Assembly: GCA_951406725.2 (NCBI GenBank)
Contig: OX597818.1
Span: forward strand, 100,936,001-101,000,000
Length of the DNA stretch: 64,000 bases
Source of the DNA: Octopus vulgaris
Lineage: Eukaryota
Direction: 5' to 3'
The notes under the pieces: model-generated
The model's input: the letters and a program-made list of their open reading frames with translations, nothing else
The model's database searches: none
Told to the model about the DNA's origin: nothing
Translations under genes and position numbers: made by a program
In this document: piece after piece, positions 1 to 11,823 of the stretch
Position numbering within the stretch: the stretch's first letter is position 1
Layout of the letters: each line of letters begins with the position of its first letter

Positions 1-1864
1 AACGACACGCAATTCCGTCCGGTAAAGCGAACGACTGGAGGCCCCGGGGACGTTGACGGCCTCGATCTACTCTCGAACTCGGAACGGGCGAAACGGGCCG
101 CTCCTCTCCCGATCGGAGGCGGCCGCCGTTATGCGACGACGAATGCACGGTGCCAAGTGGGCCACTTTTGGTAAGCAGAACTGGTGATGTGGGATGAACC
201 GAACGTCCGGCTAAGGTGCCCTACGCTTCGCCCATTAGATCCCCGAAAGGGTGTCGGTCGATATAGACAGCAGGACGGTGGCCACGGAAGTCGGAATCCG
301 CTCAGGAGTGTGTAACAACTTACCTGCCGAATCGACCGGCCCCGAAAATGGATGGCGCTGGAGCGAGCGACCGATGCCGGACCGGCCGGGCGACAGGTTG
401 CGCGATCGCCGGCGAGGCGACTTTCCGATGCCCGGTCGAGTAGGAGGGCGCCGCGGCGTGCATGGAAGCCGCGGGCGCGAGCCCGGGTGAAGCCGACCGC
501 GGGTGCAGATCTCGGTGGTAGTAGCAAATATTCGAACGAGACCTTCGAAGACCGAAGTGGAGAAGGGTTCCGTGCCAACGGCGGTCGAGCACGGGTCAGT
601 CGGTCCTAAGAAGCGGGCGAAAGCTTCCACGAAAGGCGCCGGATCCGTCGTTAGAACAAGAACTACTTCCTCAGTTCCTTTATAGTACGCGGCCGGCCTC
701 GCATCGAAAGGGAATCGGGTTAATATTCCCGAACCCGAACTCGGAGAGTGCCCGTCCGTCGGCGGGAACGCGGCGTGCTCTTCCTAGCAGCGCGTCCGTC
801 GTCGAAGCCGGCGGCCGGGCGAAGCAGCGGCAACGCAAGCGAGCCCGGAGACGTTGCCGGGAGCCCCGGGAAGAGTTCTCTCTTCTTCGTAAAGGACCGC
901 GTCCGTGGAATCGGCTCGTCCGGAGATACGGATATGGTACCTGTAGAGCGCCGCGTCTCGGGCGGCGTCCGGTGCGCTCTCGGCGGCCCTGGAAAATCCG
1001 GGTCCGTAACGAATCGCAGCTCTCGAGTCGGTCCGTACCCACCATCCGCAGCAGGTCTCCAAGGTGTACAGCCTCTCGTCGATAGCGCCAATGTAGGTAA
1101 GGGAAGTCGGCAAAATGGATCCGTACCTTCGGAAGAAGGATTGGCTCCGAGGACCGGGTCGGTCGGGCCGTGTGTGTCGCCTCGCTCCCGCGCGGCCGCG
1201 TCGCCGTTCGCTCGGCGTCGCGCCGCCGGGCGCCGGAACACGTCTTCACGCGAAGCGGCGGACCGGTACGGGGCTGTAGCGTTGGCGTCGGACTCGGCAT
1301 CCCGGTGCGCTCCATTTTTCCGGCGGTCGTCGCAGCGTCGGCGGGCAACCCGCCGCGCGCCGGTGCGCGGTCGCGCCTTCGGTCAACGCGGGTCGGCTTC
1401 TACGCGCGCGTTCTCTCCTTCCGCTGCGCTGCGTTCCGTCGCGTGTCGCCGCCTACGGACCTCCCGGTCCGGAAAGCGCGCGCGCGGCCGGGGCGTCGTC
1501 GCGGTTGTCGGATCCGCGCGCGCGGCCTTCTCGTGCGTCGGCGTACCGCGCCTCCCGGCGCGTGCGCGGGCCGTCGTTCGTTGCGGTGGCTCGGTTTCAT
1601 ACGGGGCGCCCGGGGCGTAGTGGGCGCGAACAAAACGGCTCCACACCCGGGACGCCGTGGAGCGACACGGCTTCGGGCTCGCCGTCGCGTCGGTGCGCGC
1701 GCGGCTCGGCCCCGCAAGGGGTCGCGGTCGTCGTCGCGCACCGCGACGCGCGGCAGGCGTTCGGCCGGCGGCGAACGGTCGACTCGGAACTGGTACGGAC
1801 CGGGGGAATCCGACTGTCTAATTAAAACAGAGCATCGCGTAGCCGGCCGAGCCGCACAGACGCG

Positions 1865-1896
<32 letters not shown>

Positions 1897-1912
1897 AGTG
1901 AAGAAATTCAAC

Positions 1913-1950
<38 letters not shown>
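1..1950 (+). rRNA. 28S rRNA: 28S (LSU) rRNA, partial; truncated at the 3' side just upstream of the R2 site
   Basis: Universal LSU motifs: GGCCACTTTTGGTAAGCAGAACTGG, GCAGATCTCGGTGGTAGTAGCAAATATTC, CGAAAGGGAATCGGGTTAATATTCC, AATGTAGGTAAGGGAAGTCGGCAA, GGGGAATCCGACTGTCTAATTAAAAC, GTAAACGGCGGGAGTAACTATGACTCTCT. A GC-rich expansion segment lies at ~1160-1780. rDNA similarity ends abruptly at 1950. Confidence 0.97.
651..712 (+). other. Probable 28S hidden-break region (D7a)
   Basis: AU-rich stretch (651-687) within GC-rich rRNA, just upstream of the conserved CGAAAGGG (705-712). This is the known position of the protostome hidden break. Confidence 0.6.
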
Positions 1951-2279
1951 GCGGTGCGGTCATGATTAAAACTGTAGATGATTAAAAAATTTCACAGAAA
2001 TTTTTTCATAATCATTCTCCAATAGATAATAATTTCAAAGATTACTACAATGCCATGTATATAATAATTCTAAAATCTGTAATTATTGGTCTCGTATTCA
2101 ATTAATTTTTATTGAAACCTATGCCAACAAATATATTTCCATCGATTTCCTAGAACTTTCAATGAAGAATGTGTGTGCCTTAGAAACGTGATATTTAGTG
2201 TCAAACAGTTGTAGGAGAAATGCAGATATTCTCCAATTACCAATAGTTTATTGACACAAGGAATGCTTCAGACACGATG

Positions 2280-3050
2280 AACAGAAAACCAGATGCCGAA
2301 GGTTGGGAAAATTGTGTAGATTACCAAAGATATTTCATGGATATTCTAGACTACACTATTATGCAAAGAACCGATTCTCTTGCGTAAACTAATTTCTTTA
2401 CCTTTGTTTTGTAATAAATAATAGATTTCAGTACTCTGATCTAAGCAACATGTATCTTGTATCACGATTGGTAAACAGCATAATCTGAAAATATTTGCTT
2501 CAAAGCTCAGTCAAAGGACTACATAATTCTTGTTCGGTCATTGTTATACGCCGAAAATTATAACGTGGTTCAGTTGGAAAATTTAAAAGGTAAATAACGA
2601 CCTCTTCTTGTTAGACACAATGGAACAGAATATGCTCATCTAAAAGGAATACCTTGAATATAGTAGTATCATCTGAATAACGCGGTGGTTCTGTTTCTAA
2701 GGAGATACAACTAGACTATCAAATTATTTTGATGATTGAAAAGACTCCAATAGGGTTTGGGACACTGGTAACTAGAGTCTTATCTACAAGATACTTCTAT
2801 TACTGCACCTAGGTTTTCACTTACAACACTTTTGCTACATGTAAAATCACAATATTTTTATTCTTATTGGACACAGAGCCTCTAATACGGTAGTCATTCA
2901 ATGTAATCGAAACATTGGCTAGATGTACCTAACTTTTATTTGAAACATATACACCAAATTTTTCACATTGAAAAGGAATTGTTGTATGAAGCCGTCTGTT
3001 TCAAATTAAATTACACCCGAACATGTATCATATGCAAAAGCTGAAAACCT
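2280..3050 (+). pseudogene. Highly decayed Ty3/gypsy pol relic
   Basis: Manual translation gives RKPDAEGWENCVDYQR (compare KKPDGxWRxCVDYR), FST(L)DLSNMYL across a frameshift (compare FSKLDLxxAY), KYLLQSSVKGL, and YTRTCIICK (integrase Zn-finger-like) near 3015-3040. Many stops. Confidence 0.45.
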
Positions 3051-3909
3051 TTTCCAACTTATCCACTTAATTGTGAATTATATCATGATAAACGAGCTTG
3101 CTTAAACTTTCATGATATATCAGAAGAGAAATGTTTATTCCCTATACCGCTCTGTTAAGGATATTCTATAACAAGATATAATCCACTGAAATTGTAAACA
3201 CCTGGAATGATTTGGTAAGTTGTTAAAGCTTAGTGACCGCAAATTTTAGGCTGTGGAATATCCATAGGTAAAAAGATTCAAGGATGACACCAGTTGCATG
3301 CTTTTGGTCGCATTACCTTTCAGAAACAAGTACTTTACCCATTGGAATGTCACATAGAGCTCGATATATTTTTCCATTAACACTTCAAAGCTCTGCACTC
3401 CCTTATGTCTAAGGATATATACATCTACTACTTTATTAAAAATAGTACAGTAACAAAATCTTGATATGAATTGAAGATATGTGTTCTCCATTTGTCACAC
3501 ATACATACATACCTGCAAACACGCAGTTTTATTTTTCATTTGGACCAAAACAATATCTGAAATAGTCTTTCTCTAGTCAACAGTAGTAAACTACATTTTA
3601 TGCCACTACCCTGACACATTTTGTATATGAATGTGTATGTGTCTGTAAGTACGTGTGTGTTTGCGCCTTCGTTATGTACGAGAAAGTAATTTACATTTTA
3701 TACTACGAGGACACAGTTTGTATAAGAGTGTGCATATATATGTGAGTGAGTGTGTGTTTGCGCGTTCGTTACGTAAATGTATGTCTGTCTGTGTCTGTCT
3801 TAATATATGTATGTGAGAGTGTGTCAGAGTGCATGTGTGTGCCAGAGTATGCAAAAAGTGTATCTGTATGTCAGTGTATGTGTGGTTGTCAATTACACTG
3901 ATGTAAACA

Positions 3910-4095
3910 GGCTATATGAAAGAGCTATACTGGCCCCAACTAATGAAATGGCTGATAGATTCAATCATGATCTTCAAAAGTTAACATAGACATCAATCCA
4001 CACAACAGTTGATCAAGATAAAATTGCTCAATACCCTGTTGAATTTCTGAACATACTTACACTGACTGGGGTGCCACGGCACTTATTACTTCCTA
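3910..4095 (+). pseudogene. Helitron Pif1-type helicase fragment
   Basis: One frame with a single stop reads LYERAILAPTNEMADRFN...*TSIHTTVDQDKIAQYPVEFLNILTLTGVPRHLL. This matches the Helitron RepHel motifs RAILAPTN and YPxEFLNSLxPxGxPPH. Confidence 0.8.
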
Positions 4096-4624
4096 TCAGG
4101 CTATCTCGATGAAAAACAATATTTTAACAACTCTCAGACAACTCAACACCTTAATGATATTCTGACCCACACCAGAGCACTGCATCCTGAAGGAACACGT
4201 TTGTGCGATTTAGAAAATGGACGCCATTTATTGGGAATCATTTCTTATACGCAGTGTTAAGTTATATTCCTTACCCATTGTATATGATACTGTGGTATAG
4301 TAAATTTAAAACAAGCAAACGATGAAGTGGTTATTAAACTTTCAATCTCTTTGGTGACTTTTAGCGAGCTTATGTCTAGTAAATAGCTCTATTCAGATCG
4401 AATATTAAAATGAAATTTGAAAAATCTCCAACACATCTAAATCTCATGAGAGCGAGATATAAAACGCCAAAATGCTCTGAAGGTAAGTGTTGTCTTCAGA
4501 AATATTGAATACATAATCAGACGGAAAGACTTGGGAACCGCTGGAGACAATTGTTTTATGACAGAATCACTACCGCGAAAACAACAGTACCACTAACATA
4601 AACAATATCAACAAAAACAACAAC

Positions 4625-4644
4625 AAATAATAATAATAATAATG

Positions 4645-4677
<33 letters not shown>

Positions 4678-4878
4678 CTGATGATAGTTCTTTCAAATTT
4701 TGGTAAAAGCCAGTGATTTTGAGAGGTGGAAGTCAAATCGATTGTACCGATCTCATAATTTGACTGGTTCTTTATTTTATCGATTCTGAAAGGATGAAAG
4801 GCTGTGATAGTTGAATTCAAGGGATAAGAAATACATTTTCTTGGAAAGTTTAAACATACTGCCAATAATAATAACAAC

Positions 4879-4931
<53 letters not shown>

Positions 4932-4958
4932 TGATGATGATGATGATGATAATAATAA
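4625..4958. repeat. (AAT)n/(GAT)n microsatellites
   Basis: Two runs at ~4625-4675 and ~4864-4958. They produce the spurious poly-I/L/M ORFs. Confidence 0.95.
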
Positions 4959-5502
4959 CGGCTTCTTTATTAGCCACACAAAACTGCCTGAAGAGATACA
5001 AAGAAATATATAAACAATAGATAAGCCCACTATTTACAGTGACGTGCGAAATGGGAGTTCATATTTGCAAAGAGATGTTAGAATGATATTATCCAATACA
5101 TTAAGGTGCGTATCAAAATCACATAAATCACAAGTATTTACACAAAGTAAATATAAAACTTTCGATGAAATACACCGAAATTGAAACAAGATATCTACAT
5201 AAAAATTAATCGCCCACTTGTTCCCTGAGTGTCTTCTCCACTACTGTGGTGGTGTATTGTTTACAGTTAGATATTTCACCGTTTTTGCTTGTTGTTTAGG
5301 TTACGGTGTGTAATAATGAGTCCAGCAGCACAAGGTTACTGACGTGTGGCACTTAGTAATTTCCATTCGAAATCTGAATTTGTCTTCTGTCATCTTCTTC
5401 TGTTTAATAAAGACATCCTCTTAATTCTAGATTCTTGCATCTCTTGAATTTCCTTGTGAATTCTGTATAAATGTATTGTTGAAGTTATGGAACCTTATAT
5501 CC

Positions 5503-5908
5503 TTACTCTTTTACTCTTTTACTTATTTCAGTCATTTGACTGCGGCCAGGCTGGTACACCGCCTTTAATCAAACAAATCGACCCCCGGACTTATTCTTTG
5601 TAAGCCTAGTACTTACTCTATCGGTCTTTTGCCGAACCGCTAAGTTACAGGGACGTAACACACTACAATCGTTTGTCAAGCGAGCTTCGGGGGACAAACA
5701 CATACAAACATATACACACGCATACATATATATATATATATACATATATACGACGGGCTTCTTTCAGTTTCTGTCTACCAAATCCACTCACAAGGCTTTG
5801 GTCGGCCCGCGGCTATAGTAGGAAACACTTGCTCACGGTGCCACACAGTGGGAATGAATCCGAAACCATGTGGTTGGTAAGTAAGCTACTTACCACACAG
5901 CCACTCCT
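5503..5908 (-). mobile_element. tRNA-derived SINE (family 1)
   Basis: Minus strand starts AGGAGTGGCTGTGTGGTAAG...GGTTTCGGATTCATTCCC (A/B-box-like head), has an internal TA/TG microsatellite and ends in an (AAAAGAGT)n tail. A second copy lies at 63745-63995. Confidence 0.8.
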
Positions 5909-6124
5909 TGTCAGAATTTTTTGTTCTAATCGTAACTGGTATAGTATTATTTCATGTCAGTGACTCTCCTGTTCTTTGAAAATTTGGACTCGAAGAAGTG
6001 GTTACAAGTTCTCATATTTTCCTTTTGGATGTGCGTACAAAGAAACTTGATTTGTTGCTTGTGCAGTACGCCTTTTACATTTGTATTGCTCTCATTTGGT
6101 TAGAAGCTATACTGTTCACAGTGT

Positions 6125-7270
6125 AGAAAGGGATATCAAAACGTTCCCATGTTATTTATATTTAATAAAATATAACTAAATTGTCTAAGTTTTAGTATAA
6201 TCGCCTTCGAACAGACTGCCTTGAGCAGCAATACACCGGTCCAAGCAATCAAGCCAGTTTTGGAATTCAGCATGGAAGTCGTTTTCCGTAAGCGAGTCGA
6301 GGACTTTCTGCAATTCACACTAAATCTCGTCACCGGTATTAAACAGCGACAATTGAGATGCACTTTCATCTTTGGAATGAGATCAAAATCTGCTAAATCT
6401 ATACCTCGACAATAGGGCATGTGCTGAAGCGATACCATGTTCATTTTGGCGAGAAGCTCGGGAGTGAGGAGTGTTTGGTGTCTATGTGTATTGTGGTCTT
6501 GAAGTTTTTCGCGTTCCACAAATCCGGTCGCTTTCGCCAGGTGTTTCCCCTCAAATTCTTCAAAACGTCTCAGAACACTCGATTGACGGTCTAGTACTGG
6601 GGGACAAATTCTGGATACGTAGTACCGCGGTAGTTAAAGAAAACGATGAGTATACGCTCTTGATTGAGCTGCAGTTCTGTCGTACCACCTTTAATCTTGT
6701 GTCTGAGGGACACTTGCATTTTGACCCGTAAACCCAACTCTCATCGCTATTGATGAACGATGAGTCATCAGCGGAATGCTGACGGAGATCTTCGACGCTC
6801 AGTTCTCTCCACTCAGTGGCCATCAAGCGGGGATAAATTTGGCAATTTGGACGTTAAGATTGACTTCCTGGAACCAATCGACAGACCAACAATATCAGCA
6901 ATGTTGTTGATTGTTCTCTGACGATCTTCATGCACAGGTATATGAATTTTCCCCATATTTCAGAGGTAGGTTTTCTAGATCGCTCATCGACTCCAAGGGA
7001 TGTGCTGATTTTGAAGCGCCCGTGTGCCACTCGAAACATTGAGTACGAACCAATGCCTCATCGCCGTAAGCTTGCCGAAGCATGCTCAATGCCTTTGTTG
7101 CAGACGTCCCAAGTTTAACGCAAAATTTCACTTTGGCTCTTTGTTCCAACTTCCTGTCTGTGACAAAGACGCAGACTACAGCATACACTTGTTCACAAAA
7201 ACACAAATATTTCACAACTTGTGACAAATATTTCACAGCGATGTCACTCGGTACATTTCCTCATGAAAGA
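6125..7270 (-). mobile_element. Decayed mariner (DD34D) transposon
   Basis: ORF fragments: LEQRAKVKFCVKLGTSATKALSMLRQAYGDEALVRTQCFEW (mariner HTH), INSDESWVYG (first catalytic D; compare TGDETW), LQHMPYCRGIDLADFDLIPKMK (compare HPPYSPDLAPxDFxLFPKLK). Multiple frameshifts. Confidence 0.88.
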
Positions 7271-7283
7271 CACTGCTAGCTCT

Positions 7284-7519
7284 TTTATTAATTTATTGCC
7301 CACAAGGGGCTAAACACAGTGGGGACAAAGAAGGACAGACAATCGGATTAAGTCGATTATATCGGCCCCAGTGCATAACTGGTACTTAATTTATCGACCC
7401 CCAAACAAATGAAAGGCAAAGTCGATCTCGGCGGAATTTGAACTCAGAACGTAACAGCAGACGAAATACCGCTAAGCATTTCGCCCGGCGTGCTAACGGT
7501 TCTGCCAGCTCGCCGCCTT
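7284..7519 (-). mobile_element. tRNA-derived SINE (family 2) with target-site duplication
   Basis: Minus strand AAGGCGGCGAGCTGGCAGAA...GAGTTCAAATTCC (B box)...AGCCCCTTGTGGGCAATAAA. Flanked by ACA(C/T)TGCTAGCTCT at 7270-7283 and 7520-7533. Confidence 0.85.
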
Positions 7520-10384
7520 ACATTGCTAGCTCTCAATGCACTTTTACACAATATAGAATAATATCTACTTGTAATATCTACTTGTAAGCAGAATTGTAAG
7601 GTCGTACCCTCAGCAAATTCTACAGAAACCATTACTGAAAATACTAGTTGAATTTGCATGTTTTCCAAGACTTGCACGTTCATGATGATCGCATCTGAAG
7701 CATATTACTTAAAATTGTCTACTTAGCTCCCCTTAATATGCTACGATGGCGTCGACTGGAAAGAGGTAAGGATTTTCACCACCATACATGAATTCCTAGT
7801 AGTGACAGTCTTACTCCGTTGCTTACTCATTTCCTACATGAAAAAATTGTGGAGTTGTTTTCTTACTTAGAACAGGAGCCCCTGTTCTCTCAGCTGTTTT
7901 CATCTGAACTTGACACATATTTTACTATATGTGGGTTTCCCTATATAAAGTGTACTAACCAGATATTATTCTGGTTTGTTTCCAAGTTCTCCTTTAATGG
8001 GGTGAGATAACATCTCTCTATTGGGCAACGCACTGTTATATTCGTCCTCCTTTACACCTCAAACAGCCATCCCAACGATGTAATGTCGATAGACATGTTT
8101 GACAAAAGTTTGCGAAGACTTTCGTTATATCTATATGCATGCGTAGAATTGCTATAGCGCGTTATAGTTTTTTTTTCTTTCCTAGAGATGTCTTAGCGTT
8201 TTTTTGTTTTTATTTTGCTATTCGTAATATGCTCATTAATATTCTTTTGAAATTGTGCGTTATTCGTTGCCAATATTCTTTATATTTTAATCTCTGTCAG
8301 TGGCAGGTTCGAGCAGTATTAGTGCACTAATCCAATATAGATGTTAAAATAATTAGAAAGAGAAGTAAATAGTCATTAAAATTAGAAAACAGCAGCAATA
8401 ATTCGATTTACATAATGCGGGAGAAAAATTTAAAACAAAAATATCCGTTAACCTGCAGTAATATTTATTTGGTAAAAGATAATTAATGCTAAATAAAATT
8501 ATCTTCAAAATATGAATATATCAGGTTGCTGATTACTCTCCTCCATCATCAACACATATAACACAGCGATTACTGCAACAGAACATAGAAAAGAATAGAG
8601 AATCGATAATATTTTCGCCAGTCAGTCACTCAAAAAATGTTGGTGCCCTTGTTCGGGATACGACAGACCAGATATGGTGACATGCCCCGTTACAGCACAC
8701 CGCTGCATACAGCATTTGCCGGTATCTGCTGGGGTTGTCCAAGGCAACTCACTGATTTGAGTCCTAGTCCGTTGTCATCTGCATGCAATAGTTCCTCATC
8801 CACAGTTACCATGTAGCAGACCACCTAAAGCTGCCACCCCACCCATATCCTCAGACAAGTGAACATGGTGCGCAGGATTCACTCGGAAAAACAGCAATAA
8901 AATCAAATACTCAAGAATGACGATCCCGACTCACACAAGTAATAAATAGAACGAGCGCCTGTTTCTGAGATTGTTGGATACAAACTGCGACTAATTGTAT
9001 TCTTTAACCCTGCGACGCTTCGTGGTAACAAAGCTGTCCAGTCAGTCCCTAACGGCTCCCAAATGTGTCCAAGTCTCGTAACTGTTGTGCAAGAAGGGTG
9101 GATCAGAAACCTGAAGACCCAAAGTTTTGCTCCGATTCCCTGCTCAGTTATCTGCTTATTTCATTGACTGCACCTGCACACACAAGTGTTTTGGGGACTT
9201 AGGACTCACATCAAATTCTGTTATGGGTTACATAGCAGTTGTTCGATCAAATGAATTATCCTCATGTTAAAAGAAAAAAATTGTGACTGAACAATCAGCG
9301 ACAGGCGTACAGTTAAATTAATGCGCAAGCAAAATCAGTATGAATTTCCTTGTGAAAAGGTTTCATATTTGAATAGCAAGAGCAGTGCATTCAACACTTT
9401 TCTGTACAATTTCCATCTTGCTGTTGTTCATCAAAATACAATAGCTGATACGAGCTTAGAGAAAATATATTTTCAAAATACTCAGTAGTCAGGTTGAACA
9501 CGTACCCGTGCGATCACAAATCAAGCGTTTTTCGCATTCAGTTTTACAGAAGCTATAAGGAAGCAGAATATGCACACAAAAAATGGGAGCTGTTGTATGT
9601 TAGACCAACGGCTACAAAATTTGCACATTGTCCATATCTGAAAAAATAATGGAATACAATACAATAAATAAATATAGAAAAATTAGAGGATTATGGCCGA
9701 TATAGTATGATATTTTATTGTCCCCCGTGAGGCTGTGAAAAACATGTAATGAAGAATAAAATATGTGGTTGTACACTGCGGGTATGTTGATAAAATATAT
9801 TTAATGATATTATTTATGACTGTCCAATCTCAGCGAATAGAGAATAGAGGTATTAACAGGTAGATGATGTAACATTTTATATTCAGGAAAACATGTCAGC
9901 AATGCAAATACAGAGTGAAATAATGTAAGCCACACTAGTTATTGATTTCCACTGTATATTTTTGTTAAGTCCTGTGACAGATTATTTCCTGATCAAAATA
10001 CAAGCTAATAAAAGACGATAATTTCTTTGGGACATTGTGTAAACATCTGGCATTAGTGAAGCAAAATGTGGATATAAGGAACAGAAAGAAAAACTATAAA
10101 AAATTGAAAAATCCAAGAGATGAAGTGAGCAGATGAATAACATGCAAATTCAGGAAAAGCAGTTTTTTACGAAATTCATTAAAGAGTATAATTATGTCGT
10201 GTACATTTCTCAAGCATATTTAGTGAATTTTAATTCTGTTCAAAAACTGATAGCTAAGTTTTAGGATGGAATCTTGCAATGAATATAAGTATTTTAATAT
10301 TGCATCGTTCGGTACTATCACGGTAAAAAAAATGTGTACTCATATTTTGAAATATCTGACTCTACTTCCCTTCTTCTCTGCAGT

Positions 10385-10796
10385 AAGGCGGCGGGCTGGC
10401 CGAAACGTTAGCATGCCGGGCGAAATGCGTAGCCGTATTTCGTCTGCCGTTACGTTCTGAGTTCAAATTCCGCTGAGGTCGTCTTTGCCTTTCATCCTTC
10501 GTGGTCGATAAATTAAATACAAGTTACACACTTGGGTCGATATAATCAACTTAATCCGTTTGTCTGTCGTTGTTTGTTCTCTCTGTGTTTAGCCCGATGT
10601 TGGAGGTAAAGAAATAGGTATTTCGTCCGCTGCTACGTTCTGAGTTCAAATTCCACCGAGGTCGACTCTACTTTTCATACTTTCAGAATCGATAGATTAA
10701 ATACCATTTGTGTACTGGCGTCCATCTAAACGACTTACCCACTCCCCCCCCCAAAAAAAAAACATTTCGCGCCTTGTGCCTAGAAGAGAAAGGATT
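10385..10796 (+). mobile_element. SINE family 2, dimer-like copy
   Basis: Same head as 7284-7519 (AAGGCGGCGGGCTGGCCGAAACGTTAGCATGCCGGGCG...GTTCAAATTCC). After TAAAGAAAT at ~10615 the body restarts as a second partial monomer. Confidence 0.85.
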
Positions 10797-11393
10797 CTTC
10801 TCTACAGAAATTATCACAATTTTTCTAATGTTCTAACTTCACGTGCAATAATATTTTTGAGCAGAGATTACGAACGAATGCCTTTTCTTTGCACTTTCTT
10901 CAGTATGTTGACCATTTAAGATATCTGGGTTAACAATATAGCAAATGGCAACCAATGGAATTTGTTATCAATAAACCAACATGCACACAATCATTCCACG
11001 CAGTGTTTACCAAGATTTTCGTTCCATTTTGACCGGACTGTTTAACAAGTCCATTTTGCAAGTATGTTGCCCCGGTTTCGATACGACGGTACAACAAATG
11101 TCATTTTCTGCGTTAATATTCCTCTTAGATTCAGTACGGCCAATACACTTGAGTGAGATGTCATTCACACACAGGAAACGCTATATTTAATAGAAAAATA
11201 TTTACTTGATGCAGCACCTGAATCCTCCACGAATTGTAGAAGGACACGTGTAATCTTGGTCGGGAATGATCTTTGTATGCTGCATCAGCTTTGAATTCGG
11301 TAGTGTCCGCTTTCTTCTCTACGCAGTTATTCTTTTGTTTCGTCTTGTGTTAATACTTTTGTACGCATTGATAGTCTGTGAATAATTTGCGTG

Positions 11394-11549
11394 TATATAT
11401 ATATAAAGCAGAAAATGTATATAAGTCGAAACAATTTGTTGGCCTTTTTGTTTTTTTAATTTATTGTTTATATTATACAATATTATACAATATTCATAGT
11501 ATATTATGTAATATTATTTTCAATAGCATATCTCTAATTAATTTCTTTC

Positions 11550-11586
<37 letters not shown>

Positions 11587-11766
11587 TCACACACACACAC
11601 ATATATATATATATATACATACATAGATAGAAATTAAATAGAGATACACTATTGAAAATAATATTACATAATATACTATGAATATAATATAATATTGTAT
11701 AATATAAACAATAAATGAAAAAACAAGAAAGGCCAACGAATTGCTTCGACTTATATACATTTTCTG

Positions 11767-11775
<9 letters not shown>
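11394..11775. repeat. Inverted repeat with ~160-bp arms around a (TA)n/(CA)n core
   Basis: AAAGCAGAAAATGTATATAAGTCGAA... (~11405) is the reverse complement of ...TTCGACTTATATACATTTTCTGCTTT (~11770). (TA)n flanks both sides. A diverged third copy lies at ~12190-12300. Confidence 0.85.

Positions 11776-11823
<48 letters not shown>

Noticed and set aside
129-1963. Many long GC-rich ORFs on both strands
   Set aside because: They overlie the 28S rRNA and are stop-poor only because of high GC.
8600-9230. Higher-GC block with RPDMVTCP, reminiscent of an RLE endonuclease motif
   Set aside because: Motif spacing is wrong and there are no supporting motifs. Probably an old transposable-element fragment that I cannot classify.
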